Assembly: GCA_964437495.1 (NCBI GenBank)
Contig: CAYTGV010000012.1
Span: forward strand, 1-63,111
DNA length: 63,111 bases
Direction: 5' to 3'
Source of the DNA: an uncultured Planctomycetia bacterium
GTDB lineage: Bacteria > Omnitrophota > Gorgyraeia > B26-G9
The notes below the pieces were generated by a model. The model was given only the letters and a program-made list of their open reading frames with translations, did no database searches and had not been told where the DNA came from. The position numbers and the translations under genes are program-made. Shown here in pieces: positions 37,671-47,607 of the stretch. Each line of letters begins with the position of its first letter. The stretch's first letter is position 1.

Positions 37671-37800
37671 AATATTCACCCCCTTTCCTTTAAGTATTTA
37701 CCTCAGAAAGCTTCTTTCTTACTGCCCCTACAATATCTTGGTGTGTTTACTTTCAGCTACACAATATGGCCTCGTACTACATATTGTATCTACAATTTAT

Positions 37801-37830
37801 AATATACAACATCATAGAGACTCATTTCAA
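37801..37830 (-). promoter_or_regulatory. Putative promoter of the Lys-rich ORF
   Basis: Minus strand TTGAAA (37825-37830), 18 nt, TATATT (37801-37806), leaving a 5' UTR of about 120 nt. Confidence 0.4.
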
Positions 37831-37910
37831 GAAAAAAAATAAAAAAAATGAAAATAATTTTTAAAAATCATAAAAAAATATTTTTATTGCGGTAAATATT
37901 CAGAATGGGT

Positions 37911-37938
37911 TTTAAAAAAACAGATCATATTATCTGTT
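37911..37938 (-). terminator. Weak hairpin plus U-run overlapping the stop codon of the GAF/ANTAR gene
   Basis: Minus strand AACAGAT-AATATG-ATCTGTT then TTTTTAAA. The stem is AU-rich, so its strength is uncertain. Confidence 0.4.
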
Positions 37939-38640
37939 TTTTCCCTCTTTGATTTCATGCGAGAGAATTATAGCTTCCGCTATTTCCTTCATAGGCAGGC
38001 GTTTGCTCATACTCGATTTTCTAATAAGTTTATATGCTTCATTCTCGGAAAATTTGTTTTCCTGCATTAAAATTCCTTTTGCTTTTTCTACCTTTTTGCG
38101 AGTCTCAAGTTCTTCATGCACCACTTTGGTTTTCACTAAAAGCTCTGTATTCTCAATAGCAACAGCTACCTGGTTAGCAACAGTACTCAGAAGATTAAGA
38201 TCATTTTTGTCAAATTTATACACTTGAGTAGTATAGCAATTGATAATACCGATCACTCTGTTTTTTATCATCATCGGCACGCTGACCATTGAAACTAAAT
38301 GTTCTTTTTTTGCAAGTATTTTTTCTTTGTAACGTTTATCTTCTAAAACATCAAGTATTATTATCGGTTTTTTACTGTTTGCAACATGTCCGACAATACC
38401 CTCCCCTACTTTTATTTCTCTTGCTTTTACATATTCACTGCTCATTGCCTGCGTAGCTTTAATTTTTAATGACTGCGTTTTTTCATCAAGAAGCCATAAA
38501 GAGCAAATCGTTGACTGCATAACGTTGGCAGTTAAAGTAACAATCAGCTTTAGCATATCTTCAAGATATAAATCACTTGTAATCGCCTTACTGATTTTAT
38601 TCAAGGTATCAATGTATGACTTAGAGGAGCTCTCTTTCAT
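37930..38640 (-). CDS. GAF-domain + ANTAR-domain RNA-binding antiterminator-type regulator
   Basis: 236 aa; N-terminal GAF fold, C-terminal ANTAR (LETRKKVEKAKGILMQENKFSENEAYKLIRKSSMSKRLPMKEIAEAII). Confidence 0.88.
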   Translation of the reverse strand: MKESSSKSYIDTLNKISKAITSDLYLEDMLKLIVTLTANVMQSTICSLWLLDEKTQSLKIKATQAMSSEYVKAREIKVGEGIVGHVANSKKPIIILDVLEDKRYKEKILAKKEHLVSMVSVPMMIKNRVIGIINCYTTQVYKFDKNDLNLLSTVANQVAVAIENTELLVKTKVVHEELETRKKVEKAKGILMQENKFSENEAYKLIRKSSMSKRLPMKEIAEAIILSHEIKEGKNR

Positions 38641-38641
38641 C

Positions 38642-39115
<474 letters not shown>

Positions 39116-39127
39116 TTAAGGCTATTT

Positions 39128-40582
39128 TTAATCACATTTACCAGCGCAAGCACAGCTTGAATTCTCTTGTTTGACATTATCAGAACCCGCATACTGACCA
39201 GTCCAACAGGAAAGACAAAGCCTTTCCTTAGGCAGCCCAATTGCCTTAACCATATCATCCACAGTCTGATACTTCAGAGAATCAACTCCCATGTCATTCG
39301 CTATCCAATCTACCATTTTTTTATACTTAAGGGAATCAGGATCAAGATACTCACTAACATCTTCCAGATCATGCCCCTCGATAACTTTAATCGCTCTCCT
39401 AGCCACAAGCTCATTTATATTCCTGGTGGAAAGATTAAACCGGCAGGGAAACATAAGCGGCGGACATGCCGAACGAACATGGATTTCTTTTGCTCCAGAT
39501 TCCTTTAGTTTTTTTATAGTAAAATTCTTAAGCTGTGTTCCTCTGACAATGGAATCATCACAAACCACAATTCTGTTCCCATCTATTATATCCTTAATAG
39601 CGATCAGTTTCATCTTGGCCACAAGATCCCTTGTTAGCTGTGAAGGCGGCGTATAGCTTCTTCCATAGCCGGGCGTATATTTTATAAGCGGCCTTCTGTA
39701 AGGGATACCGCTTTCCATTGCATAGCCAATAGCATGTGCCGTGCCTGAATCCGGAACGCCTGAGACAACGTCAACCTTTAAATCTTTATCTCTTTTAGCA
39801 AGATATCTTCCGCATCTCTCTCTGACCGTCTCCGTATTAATACCCTCATAATTTGATGCCGGAAAACCGATATAAATCCAAAAAAAAGCGCAAATCTGAT
39901 TAACCTCACTTGCCTGTTTTTTCTGCACCAATCCTGATTCGCCAAGCAAAACTATTTCCCCCGGACCAAGATACTTAGTTATTTTAAAATCATTATTTAA
40001 AAACGCACAACTTTCGGAAGTTACCGCAATCGCATCTTTTTTCTTTCCAATTACAAGAGGAGTATATCCGTAGCGGTCCCGTGCAGCATAAACACCCTCT
40101 TTATTAAGCAATAAGAGCGAGCAGGAACCTTTAATGCGTTTAAACATTTTCTCGATACCGTCTATCAGATTGTCTCCCTGATTGATAAGCTTTGCAACAA
40201 GCTCTGTTTCATTAACCCCGCTTTTGCCGACTTCAGCAAAAGAAATACCCTTGGCAAGAAGTTCTTTTTCTATTTCTTGTGAATTCTCGATAAAGCCATT
40301 GGTAGCAAGACAAAAAGGGCCGAATCTAGAATGAACATAAATAGGCTGAACATTAGAGGCACTGATAACACCAATACCTTTATTGCCTTTCATTTTATGG
40401 TATTCATCAGAAAATTTTGACTTAAACTGCCCTTGGCTTATATTATGTATCCGCCTATATAAATCCTTTCCTAATACCGCAAGACCACCGTATTCAGTAC
40501 CTAAATGGGAATGATAGTCAGTACCATAAAATAACTCCTTAATACAGTCACCCTTTGAGACAACTCCGAAAATACCGCTCAT
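39128..40582 (-). CDS. Amidophosphoribosyltransferase (PurF) paralogue with Ser in place of the N-terminal nucleophile Cys and a Cys-rich C-terminal tail
   Basis: 484 aa; MSGIFGV (codon 2 = AGC), PRTase core VCDDSIVRGTQ, SGAKEIHVRSACPP, tail CLSCW...SSCACAGKCD. Confidence 0.85.
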   Translation of the reverse strand: MSGIFGVVSKGDCIKELFYGTDYHSHLGTEYGGLAVLGKDLYRRIHNISQGQFKSKFSDEYHKMKGNKGIGVISASNVQPIYVHSRFGPFCLATNGFIENSQEIEKELLAKGISFAEVGKSGVNETELVAKLINQGDNLIDGIEKMFKRIKGSCSLLLLNKEGVYAARDRYGYTPLVIGKKKDAIAVTSESCAFLNNDFKITKYLGPGEIVLLGESGLVQKKQASEVNQICAFFWIYIGFPASNYEGINTETVRERCGRYLAKRDKDLKVDVVSGVPDSGTAHAIGYAMESGIPYRRPLIKYTPGYGRSYTPPSQLTRDLVAKMKLIAIKDIIDGNRIVVCDDSIVRGTQLKNFTIKKLKESGAKEIHVRSACPPLMFPCRFNLSTRNINELVARRAIKVIEGHDLEDVSEYLDPDSLKYKKMVDWIANDMGVDSLKYQTVDDMVKAIGLPKERLCLSCWTGQYAGSDNVKQENSSCACAGKCD

Positions 40583-40636
40583 TTCAAACCTCCATTCAAA
40601 TTAGAATAAATTTATGTATTTTTTCTGCTACTTCAA

Positions 40637-42154
40637 TCAGGAAACAAAAAGTCTTTTTGTCGAAAACACTGCCTCACTTGTAACATCCACTCCCAGTTTC
40701 CTTAATCCCGCCTCATCCCCTGAAGTAGGAATATGCGTCAAGTGCATCTGAGCACCCCTAAGTTCTTTTAATTTTTCCATTGCTGTCTGTGAAGTAGGAT
40801 TTGTCGCAGCACTTATACTTAAAGCGATCAATGTCTCCTCCAGATCCAGGCTTACTGCTTTCTCATTTAATATTTCTTTGTTCAATGCCTTTATCGAGCT
40901 TATTATATTCGGCGACAATAAATGTATTTTATCCGGTATCTCCGCCATATGCTTTATAGCATTTAAAATAAGACTGGACGATGCATGCATCATGGGTGAA
41001 TTCCTGCCGGTAATAATTGTCCCGTCACTTAACTCTATTGCCGCCCCGCAAAAAACCCCATCATGCCCCTTGTTCTTTTTCTCTGCTTCTTTGGCTTTTT
41101 TTATCGCAGGCTCAACAACCTTGCGATCAACCTGTGTTACATTAAGCTCTTTCATTATGAGTTCAACCCTCTGCACTGTTTCTTTGTCCACAAACCCGAG
41201 CATATATTCACAGCAGTAGCGGAAATATCTTCTGATAACCTCCTGTTTTGAGGCATCTTTAACAGCGATGTCATCAATAATCCCGAATCCCGCGCAGTTG
41301 ACACCCATATCCGTAGGCGACTTATACATCGATTCTTTTTGTGTAATTGTTTCCAGTATTCTCTTTAGTACAGGAAAAACCTCAACATCACGATTATAGT
41401 TTACTGCTGATTCCTTATATGCCTCAAGATGAAAAGGGTCTATAAGATTAAAATCCCTGATATCAGCAGTTGCCGCCTCATATGCTATGTTAACCGGATG
41501 CTTAAGGGGGATATTCCAAATCGGAAATGTCTCGAACTTCGCATAGCCGCTTTTGATCCCTCTCTTATAGTCATGATAATATTGCGAAAGGCATGTTGCA
41601 AGTTTTCCGCTTCCGGGCCCCGGACCGGTCACGATCACAAGCGGATTTTTTGTTTTAATATATTCATTAGCCCCGTATCCGTCTTCACTGACAATCAGAT
41701 CAACATCCGTGGGATATCCTTTTGTAAATCTGTGTGTATATACTTTTATATTTCTGCGCTCCAGTTTATTCTTAAATATTTTCACAGCAGGCTGATCATT
41801 ATAACGCGTGATCACAACCGCCCGCACATCTAGTTTCCAGCTTCTTATATCATCAATCAGCTTCATTGCATCCACATCATAGCTTATGCCGAAATCAGCC
41901 CGCACTTTTCTTCTTTCAATATCACCCGCATAGATACAAAGGATTATATCCGCCTTATCTTTTAATTTCTGCAGTAATCTCATCTTAACATTAGGATCAA
42001 ATCCGGGCAGAACACGCGCGGCATGATAATCAAAAAGCAGCTTGCCTCCGAATTCAAGATATAATTTACCGTCAAACTTTTCAACTCTTTCAAGGATTGC
42101 TTCTGTCTGTTCCTTTAGATATTTCTTGCTATCAAAACCTATGCGATTGGCCAT
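40637..42154 (-). CDS. DUF1846 (UPF0371) family protein
   Basis: About 505 aa; [55 protein letters not shown] at 42154 lies 2 nt after the purF stop. Confidence 0.8.
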   Translation of the reverse strand: MANRIGFDSKKYLKEQTEAILERVEKFDGKLYLEFGGKLLFDYHAARVLPGFDPNVKMRLLQKLKDKADIILCIYAGDIERRKVRADFGISYDVDAMKLIDDIRSWKLDVRAVVITRYNDQPAVKIFKNKLERRNIKVYTHRFTKGYPTDVDLIVSEDGYGANEYIKTKNPLVIVTGPGPGSGKLATCLSQYYHDYKRGIKSGYAKFETFPIWNIPLKHPVNIAYEAATADIRDFNLIDPFHLEAYKESAVNYNRDVEVFPVLKRILETITQKESMYKSPTDMGVNCAGFGIIDDIAVKDASKQEVIRRYFRYCCEYMLGFVDKETVQRVELIMKELNVTQVDRKVVEPAIKKAKEAEKKNKGHDGVFCGAAIELSDGTIITGRNSPMMHASSSLILNAIKHMAEIPDKIHLLSPNIISSIKALNKEILNEKAVSLDLEETLIALSISAATNPTSQTAMEKLKELRGAQMHLTHIPTSGDEAGLRKLGVDVTSEAVFSTKRLFVS

Positions 42155-42156
42155 AA

Positions 42157-43536
42157 TCAACTGCCTTTCTTTTCTAACATCTTCTTGAAAAATTTCTTTG
42201 GTATTTTTGTCGGATATTTTCCGCTAAAACATGCTGTGCAGAATTCACACTCAGGCAAAAGCATTGCTTTAAGCATACCCTCATGGCTTAAATATTTCAA
42301 GCTATCCAGCCCCATAAATTCCTTTATTTCCCTTACCGTATTATTAGCCGCGATCAGCTCTTTTTTTGTCGGAAAATCAATGCCGTAAAAACAGGGGAAT
42401 TTTATCGGCGGACAGCTGATTCGCATATGAATTTTTTTTGCACCGGCATTACGAATCGTTCGTACACGCGCCCGGCTCGTTGTCCCCCTGACAATAGAAT
42501 CCTCAATAACTGCCAAGCGTTTCCCTTTTATAACATCTTTTATAGGATTAAGCTTTATCCGCACTCTGAAATCACGTATAAATTGCGATGGTTGAATAAA
42601 TGTTCTGCCAATATAATGATTGCGGATCATCCCAATCTCATTTTTCACTTTTGCTTCTTCCGCAAAACCTACCGCGGCATAACTGCCTGAATCAGGTATG
42701 GCCATCGCCAGATCGCATTTAGCCGGAGCCTCTTTTGCCAGCTGCGCCCCCAGTCTTTTGCGTGTAAGATAAACATTCTTTCCAAATATATTAGAATCCG
42801 GCCTTGAGAAATATATATATTCAAAAATACAGTAGGCATGTTTTTTCTTTGGAAAAGGCTTAATGGATTCTATTGTTTTATTCTTAATAAAAACAATCTC
42901 TCCCGGCTCTATCTCCCGCACATATTCTGCCTGAATCAGATCAAGCGCGCAAGTTTCACTTGCCAGGACATAGGCTCCCTCAAGCCTTCCCAGGCACAAC
43001 GACCGAAAACCATGAGAGTCACGCGCTCCCACAAGAATATCATCAATCATCATTACCAGTGAATAGGCCCCTTCCAAAGGAGCAAGTGAATTGATAACTC
43101 TTGTAGAATAATTTAATTTTTTATTATAGGCCAGATTATGTACAATGATCTCTGAGTCCATCGTGGTCTGAAATATCGAACCACGCTCTTCTAATTCTTC
43201 GCGTAATTGGAAAGTATTTGTAAAATTCCCATTATGCGCTATGGCAGTATGCCCTCTTCTGTGATTGACCAGAAAAGGCTGAATATTACTTGAAAAACTT
43301 GAACCAGTAGTAGAATACCGTACATGTCCAACAGCAATATTACCTTTTAGGCTCTTGATCGCACTCTCATCAAAAATATCCCCTACTAGTCCCATTCCCT
43401 GATGAGAATGCGTTTTCTTCTTATCATAACTTACTATACCCGCACTTTCCTCTCCGCGATGCTGCAGCGCGTATAATCCCAGGTATGCAAGCCTTGACGA
43501 ATTTTCATGTCCTGTAATACCAAATACTCCACACAT
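42157..43536 (-). CDS. purF: Amidophosphoribosyltransferase
   Basis: 459 aa; MCGVFGI nucleophile Cys1, [21 protein letters not shown], and Cys ligands of the 4Fe-4S type. Its ATG overlaps the carB stop (TAATG). Confidence 0.95.
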   Translation of the reverse strand: MCGVFGITGHENSSRLAYLGLYALQHRGEESAGIVSYDKKKTHSHQGMGLVGDIFDESAIKSLKGNIAVGHVRYSTTGSSFSSNIQPFLVNHRRGHTAIAHNGNFTNTFQLREELEERGSIFQTTMDSEIIVHNLAYNKKLNYSTRVINSLAPLEGAYSLVMMIDDILVGARDSHGFRSLCLGRLEGAYVLASETCALDLIQAEYVREIEPGEIVFIKNKTIESIKPFPKKKHAYCIFEYIYFSRPDSNIFGKNVYLTRKRLGAQLAKEAPAKCDLAMAIPDSGSYAAVGFAEEAKVKNEIGMIRNHYIGRTFIQPSQFIRDFRVRIKLNPIKDVIKGKRLAVIEDSIVRGTTSRARVRTIRNAGAKKIHMRISCPPIKFPCFYGIDFPTKKELIAANNTVREIKEFMGLDSLKYLSHEGMLKAMLLPECEFCTACFSGKYPTKIPKKFFKKMLEKKGS

Positions 43537-46500
43537 TATTTTTTCTTCTCCTGATCATCTTTGTAGTAATCCTGCAAAGCCTTAGGCACAATCTTTGTTT
43601 TTTGCACTGCCTCAATTCCGTTTACACTCGCAGATGCTGCGGCCATTGAAGTGATATAAGGGATCTTTTGCTGTATAGCCATAATTCTTATATAACTGTC
43701 ATCACTTTTCCCACTGCGGCCAACTGGTGTGTTTATAATAAGATTGATCTCTTTATTCTTTAGGGCATCAACAATATTAGGCCTGCCTTCATGCAGTTTT
43801 TTAATCTGAATACTGTCTGTCCCATTCTTTTTTAAATATTGACTTGTTCCTTCTGTAGCATAAACCTTTAATCCAAGTTTTGTAATTTTGCGAGCAATCG
43901 ACAAAAGCTTTTTCTTGTTTTTATCATCAACGGTCAGAAGCACTCCTCCTTCAACAGGCAAGCGCGCTCCGGCCGCCTCCTCTGCCTTATAAAAAGCAAG
44001 CTCAAACGATTCGGCAATTCCCATAACCTCGCCAGTTGCTCTCATCTCAGGCCCAAGCAGCGGATCAACTTCCGGAAACATATTAAAAGGAAAAACAGCC
44101 TCTTTTACCCCCACATAAGAAACCTTTTTAGCCTTTAGCTCAGGAAAATCCTTGATCTTTTTCCCCAGCATCAATTGTGTTGCTATGCGGGCAATAGGAA
44201 AACCCATGATCTTAGAAACTACAGGTACAGTACGAGAGGCCCTTGGATTAGCTTCTAAAATATATACCTTATCATCACAAATCGCGAACTGAATATTCAT
44301 TAGCCCCTTAACTTCAAGTTCTTTTGCGATCGCCTTTGTATATTCCTCTATAGTTTTAATATGCTTTGCCTTTATTGAACAAGGCGGAATCGTACACGCT
44401 GAATCACCTGAATGGACTCCGGCAAGTTCAATATGCTCCATTATTGAAGCAACAAATGTATTTTCTCCATCACATAGCGCATCAACTTCCGCTTCAATCG
44501 CCTCCTCAAGAAAACGATCAATAAGCATCGGATGTTCGGCCCCGAGGTCTATAGCACCTTGCGCATATTTGCGCAACATCAATTCATCATAAACAATTTC
44601 CATACCCCTGCCGCCTAAAACAAAAGAAGGCCTGACCATAAGCGGATATCCAATTTTCTCGGCTAACTTAACTGCTTGATCCAAAGAACGTGCTGTACCG
44701 CTTTGGGGCTGCAAGATATTTAATTTAATCATTTTCTCTCTAAACTGCTCCCTGTCTTCGGCAAGGGCAATGCTCTCAGGAGTCGTCCCTAAGATATTAA
44801 CTCCATTATCCTTTAATTCTTGGGCAATATTCAAGGGAGTCTGTCCGCCAAACTGGACGATAACACCCAGAGGCTTTTCTTTTTCATATATAGAAAGAAC
44901 TTCTTCCACAGTTAAAGGCTCAAAATATAATTTGTCTGATGTGTCATAATCCGTAGAAACAGTTTCCGGATTACAATTGACCATAATCGATTCATATCCT
45001 TCATCCCGCAATGCAAATGCCGCATGCACACAGGTATAATCAAATTCTATACCCTGTCCGATACGATTAGGCCCGCCACCCAAGATCATAATCTTTTTAT
45101 TTTTTGATACAGACACAGAATCTTTAGCATTATAAGTTGAATAATAATACTCAGCATTATCAACGCCGCTTACTGGTACAGCCTCATAACACTCTTTAAC
45201 TCCAATCTTTAAACGTCTGTCTCTTACCTGTTTTTCTGTGATGCCAAAAAGATCGGCTATATATCTATCGCCAAAGCCCCATTGTTTAGCCTTGGTCAAC
45301 TGCGCGTCAGTTAGTTTTTTCCAACCCATCGCGATAATTTCTTCTTCTAAATCAACCAGGTCTTTCATCTCATTTATGAAATAACTGTTTATATATGTCA
45401 TTTTATGCAATTCAACAACGCTGATACCTTTACGCAGCGCCTCATACATAATAAATATTCTCTCGCTTGTAGGAACAGCTAATTTTTCTTTTAGGCGGTC
45501 AAGCGGAAGAGACTTGAAATTTTTTGCCCCGCCTATCCCATATCTTTTTATCTCCAAACCCCGTATCGCTTTTTGAAAAGACTCTTTAAAGGTTTTTCCA
45601 ATACTCATCACCTCGCCCACTGCCTTCATCTGAGTGCCCAGAACATCCAATGCCTGGGGGAATTTCTCAAATGCCCAACGCGCAAATTTTATTACTACAT
45701 AGTCTCCGCTTGGGACATATTTCTCCAGCGTTCCTTCTTTCCAGTAAGGAATCTCATCCATAGTCAGGCCTGAGGCAAGTTTTGTTGATATGCGGGCAAT
45801 AGGAAAACCCGTTGCCTTAGAAGCCAGGGCTGATGATCTTGAGGTTCTTGGATTGATCTCAATAACTACCAGGCGATCATCTTCAGGATTATGCGCAAAT
45901 TGAACATTAGTACCACCGGTTACACCAATTGCATCAACGATTCTATATGAATAATCCTGTAAACGATCCTGCAGCTTTTTCGGTACAGTAAGCATAGGAG
46001 CCGAACAAAAACTATCTCCGGTATGAACTCCCATGGCATCGATGTTTTCAATAAAACAAACCGTGATCTTCTGATTCTTAGCATCACGTACAACTTCAAG
46101 CTCAAGCTCCTCCCAGCCAAAAACAGATTCCTCCACCAGCACCTGATTGACAAGGCTGGCATTAAGTCCGCGGGCAACTATAGTTCTCAATTCCTCAACA
46201 TTATAGGCTATCCCGCCGCCTGTACCGCCCATTGTATAAGCTGGACGCAACACAACCGGGTAATTCATTTCTTCGGCTATTTTTTCCGCTTCCTCTACTG
46301 AATGACAAGGCTGGGATTTTGGCATTTCAATATCAAGCTTTTTCATTGTTTCTTTAAAGGCAATTCTGTCTTCACCGCGTTCAATAGCATCTGCTTTTAC
46401 ACCGATGATTTCTACATTATGTTTTTTTAATACTCCGGAGGAATGGAGAGCGGAAGTAAGATTGAGCCCGGTTTGTCCGCCTAAATTAGGCAGCAGGGCA

Positions 46501-46751
46501 TCCGGCTTTTCTATCTCTATGATCTTTTCTATAGTATCTGCAGTAAGCGGTTCTATATAGGTTTTATGCGCCATGCCCGGGTCTGTCATGATTGTTGCCG
46601 GATTAGAATTCACCAGTACAACTTCATAGCCTTCTTCTTTCAATGCTTTACAGGCCTGTGTTCCGGAATAATCAAATTCACAAGCTTGTCCAATAATAAT
46701 CGGGCCTGAGCCAATAATTAAAACCTTTTTGATATCCTCTCTACGCGGCAT
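43536..46751 (-). CDS. carB: Carbamoyl-phosphate synthase large subunit
   Basis: 1071 aa; duplicated ATP-grasp halves, oligomerisation domain and C-terminal MGS-like domain. Confidence 0.97.
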   Translation of the reverse strand: MPRREDIKKVLIIGSGPIIIGQACEFDYSGTQACKALKEEGYEVVLVNSNPATIMTDPGMAHKTYIEPLTADTIEKIIEIEKPDALLPNLGGQTGLNLTSALHSSGVLKKHNVEIIGVKADAIERGEDRIAFKETMKKLDIEMPKSQPCHSVEEAEKIAEEMNYPVVLRPAYTMGGTGGGIAYNVEELRTIVARGLNASLVNQVLVEESVFGWEELELEVVRDAKNQKITVCFIENIDAMGVHTGDSFCSAPMLTVPKKLQDRLQDYSYRIVDAIGVTGGTNVQFAHNPEDDRLVVIEINPRTSRSSALASKATGFPIARISTKLASGLTMDEIPYWKEGTLEKYVPSGDYVVIKFARWAFEKFPQALDVLGTQMKAVGEVMSIGKTFKESFQKAIRGLEIKRYGIGGAKNFKSLPLDRLKEKLAVPTSERIFIMYEALRKGISVVELHKMTYINSYFINEMKDLVDLEEEIIAMGWKKLTDAQLTKAKQWGFGDRYIADLFGITEKQVRDRRLKIGVKECYEAVPVSGVDNAEYYYSTYNAKDSVSVSKNKKIMILGGGPNRIGQGIEFDYTCVHAAFALRDEGYESIMVNCNPETVSTDYDTSDKLYFEPLTVEEVLSIYEKEKPLGVIVQFGGQTPLNIAQELKDNGVNILGTTPESIALAEDREQFREKMIKLNILQPQSGTARSLDQAVKLAEKIGYPLMVRPSFVLGGRGMEIVYDELMLRKYAQGAIDLGAEHPMLIDRFLEEAIEAEVDALCDGENTFVASIMEHIELAGVHSGDSACTIPPCSIKAKHIKTIEEYTKAIAKELEVKGLMNIQFAICDDKVYILEANPRASRTVPVVSKIMGFPIARIATQLMLGKKIKDFPELKAKKVSYVGVKEAVFPFNMFPEVDPLLGPEMRATGEVMGIAESFELAFYKAEEAAGARLPVEGGVLLTVDDKNKKKLLSIARKITKLGLKVYATEGTSQYLKKNGTDSIQIKKLHEGRPNIVDALKNKEINLIINTPVGRSGKSDDSYIRIMAIQQKIPYITSMAAASASVNGIEAVQKTKIVPKALQDYYKDDQEKKK

Positions 46752-46778
46752 ATTGTGATACTCCTTTCTATTCTTTGA

Positions 46779-47345
46779 TCAAGAACCTTTTAGCAGATAT
46801 TCCTGTATAGAAGTTACCGAAAAATCACTTTCCCTGACAGATTCCATTCCATTAACCGCAGCCTGCGCTCCCTGTATTGTAGTAATACAGGGAATACCCT
46901 GCATAGTCGCTAAATTACGCATTTGTTTAGCATCAGACTACCCCTTCCGGCCTGAAGGGGTAGTAATGACAAGTTGAATTTTACCTTTTTTCATAAGCTC
47001 CAGAAATTCAGTATGGCCTTCACCGATCTTACCAACTTTTTTTACCTTGATATTATTCAAACTCAAAACTTTGGCTGTGCCTATTGTTGCAATAATCTCA
47101 AAACCCATATCATATAGTTTTTTTGCAATAAAAACTATATTTCTCTTGTCATTATTTTTAACACTTATGAATATATTGCCTTTAGCCGGCAATAATGGGT
47201 CGGTGAGTATTTCCTGGTAGCCAGCCATGCTGGTATTAAAAACTATTTCACCATAAGCAGTTCCCATTGCACCAAAAGAAAAACCAGAGAAAATTCTACC
47301 ATCTTCCAAAGCAATTTTAGCTATTTTTCTCTTAAGCTTTTGCAC
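46779..47345 (-). pseudogene. Chimeric remnant: CarA N-terminus (about 50 aa) fused to a CarB-type C-terminal MGS-like domain, interrupted by an in-frame TAG
   Basis: [40 protein letters not shown] (CarA) joins [16 protein letters not shown]...[11 protein letters not shown], then TAG at 46938-46940, then SDAKQMRNLATMQGIPCITTIQGAQAAVNGMES...IQEYL in the same frame. Confidence 0.8.
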
Positions 47346-47504
47346 AATACACTCTTTATTGAAAAAAGTTTATGGTTTAAATTTTTTTATAAAAACAGGT
47401 CTTAACTTGGGACTTTTGATGGGTATTACAATTCTTTGTATTATAATACAAGTATCCCGTATTACAAAGCACTTTTTGAACTTTTGTTTTCAGTAAATAT
47501 TTCA

Positions 47505-47555
47505 TAAAAAGAGGGTAAAGAGCCCTATTTTAAATCTTTTTTCTCTTTACCCTCT
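47505..47555 (-). terminator. Rho-independent terminator after gdhA
   Basis: Perfect 13-bp inverted repeat agagggtaaagag (47510-47522) / ctctttaccctct (47543-47555), followed on the minus strand by TTTTAT. Confidence 0.7.
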
Positions 47556-47607
47556 GTATTTGATATACTGTAGACTATCAATCTGCTTTAATCCTCTATC
47601 TTTATAC

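Noticed and set aside
37500-37680. Possible CRISPR array or satellite because of the regular ctttgctactttctt repeats
   Set aside because: The period is only 15/30 nt, with no unique spacers and no cas genes. The tract is one uninterrupted minus-strand reading frame with SD and stop signals, so a Lys-rich coding repeat explains it better.
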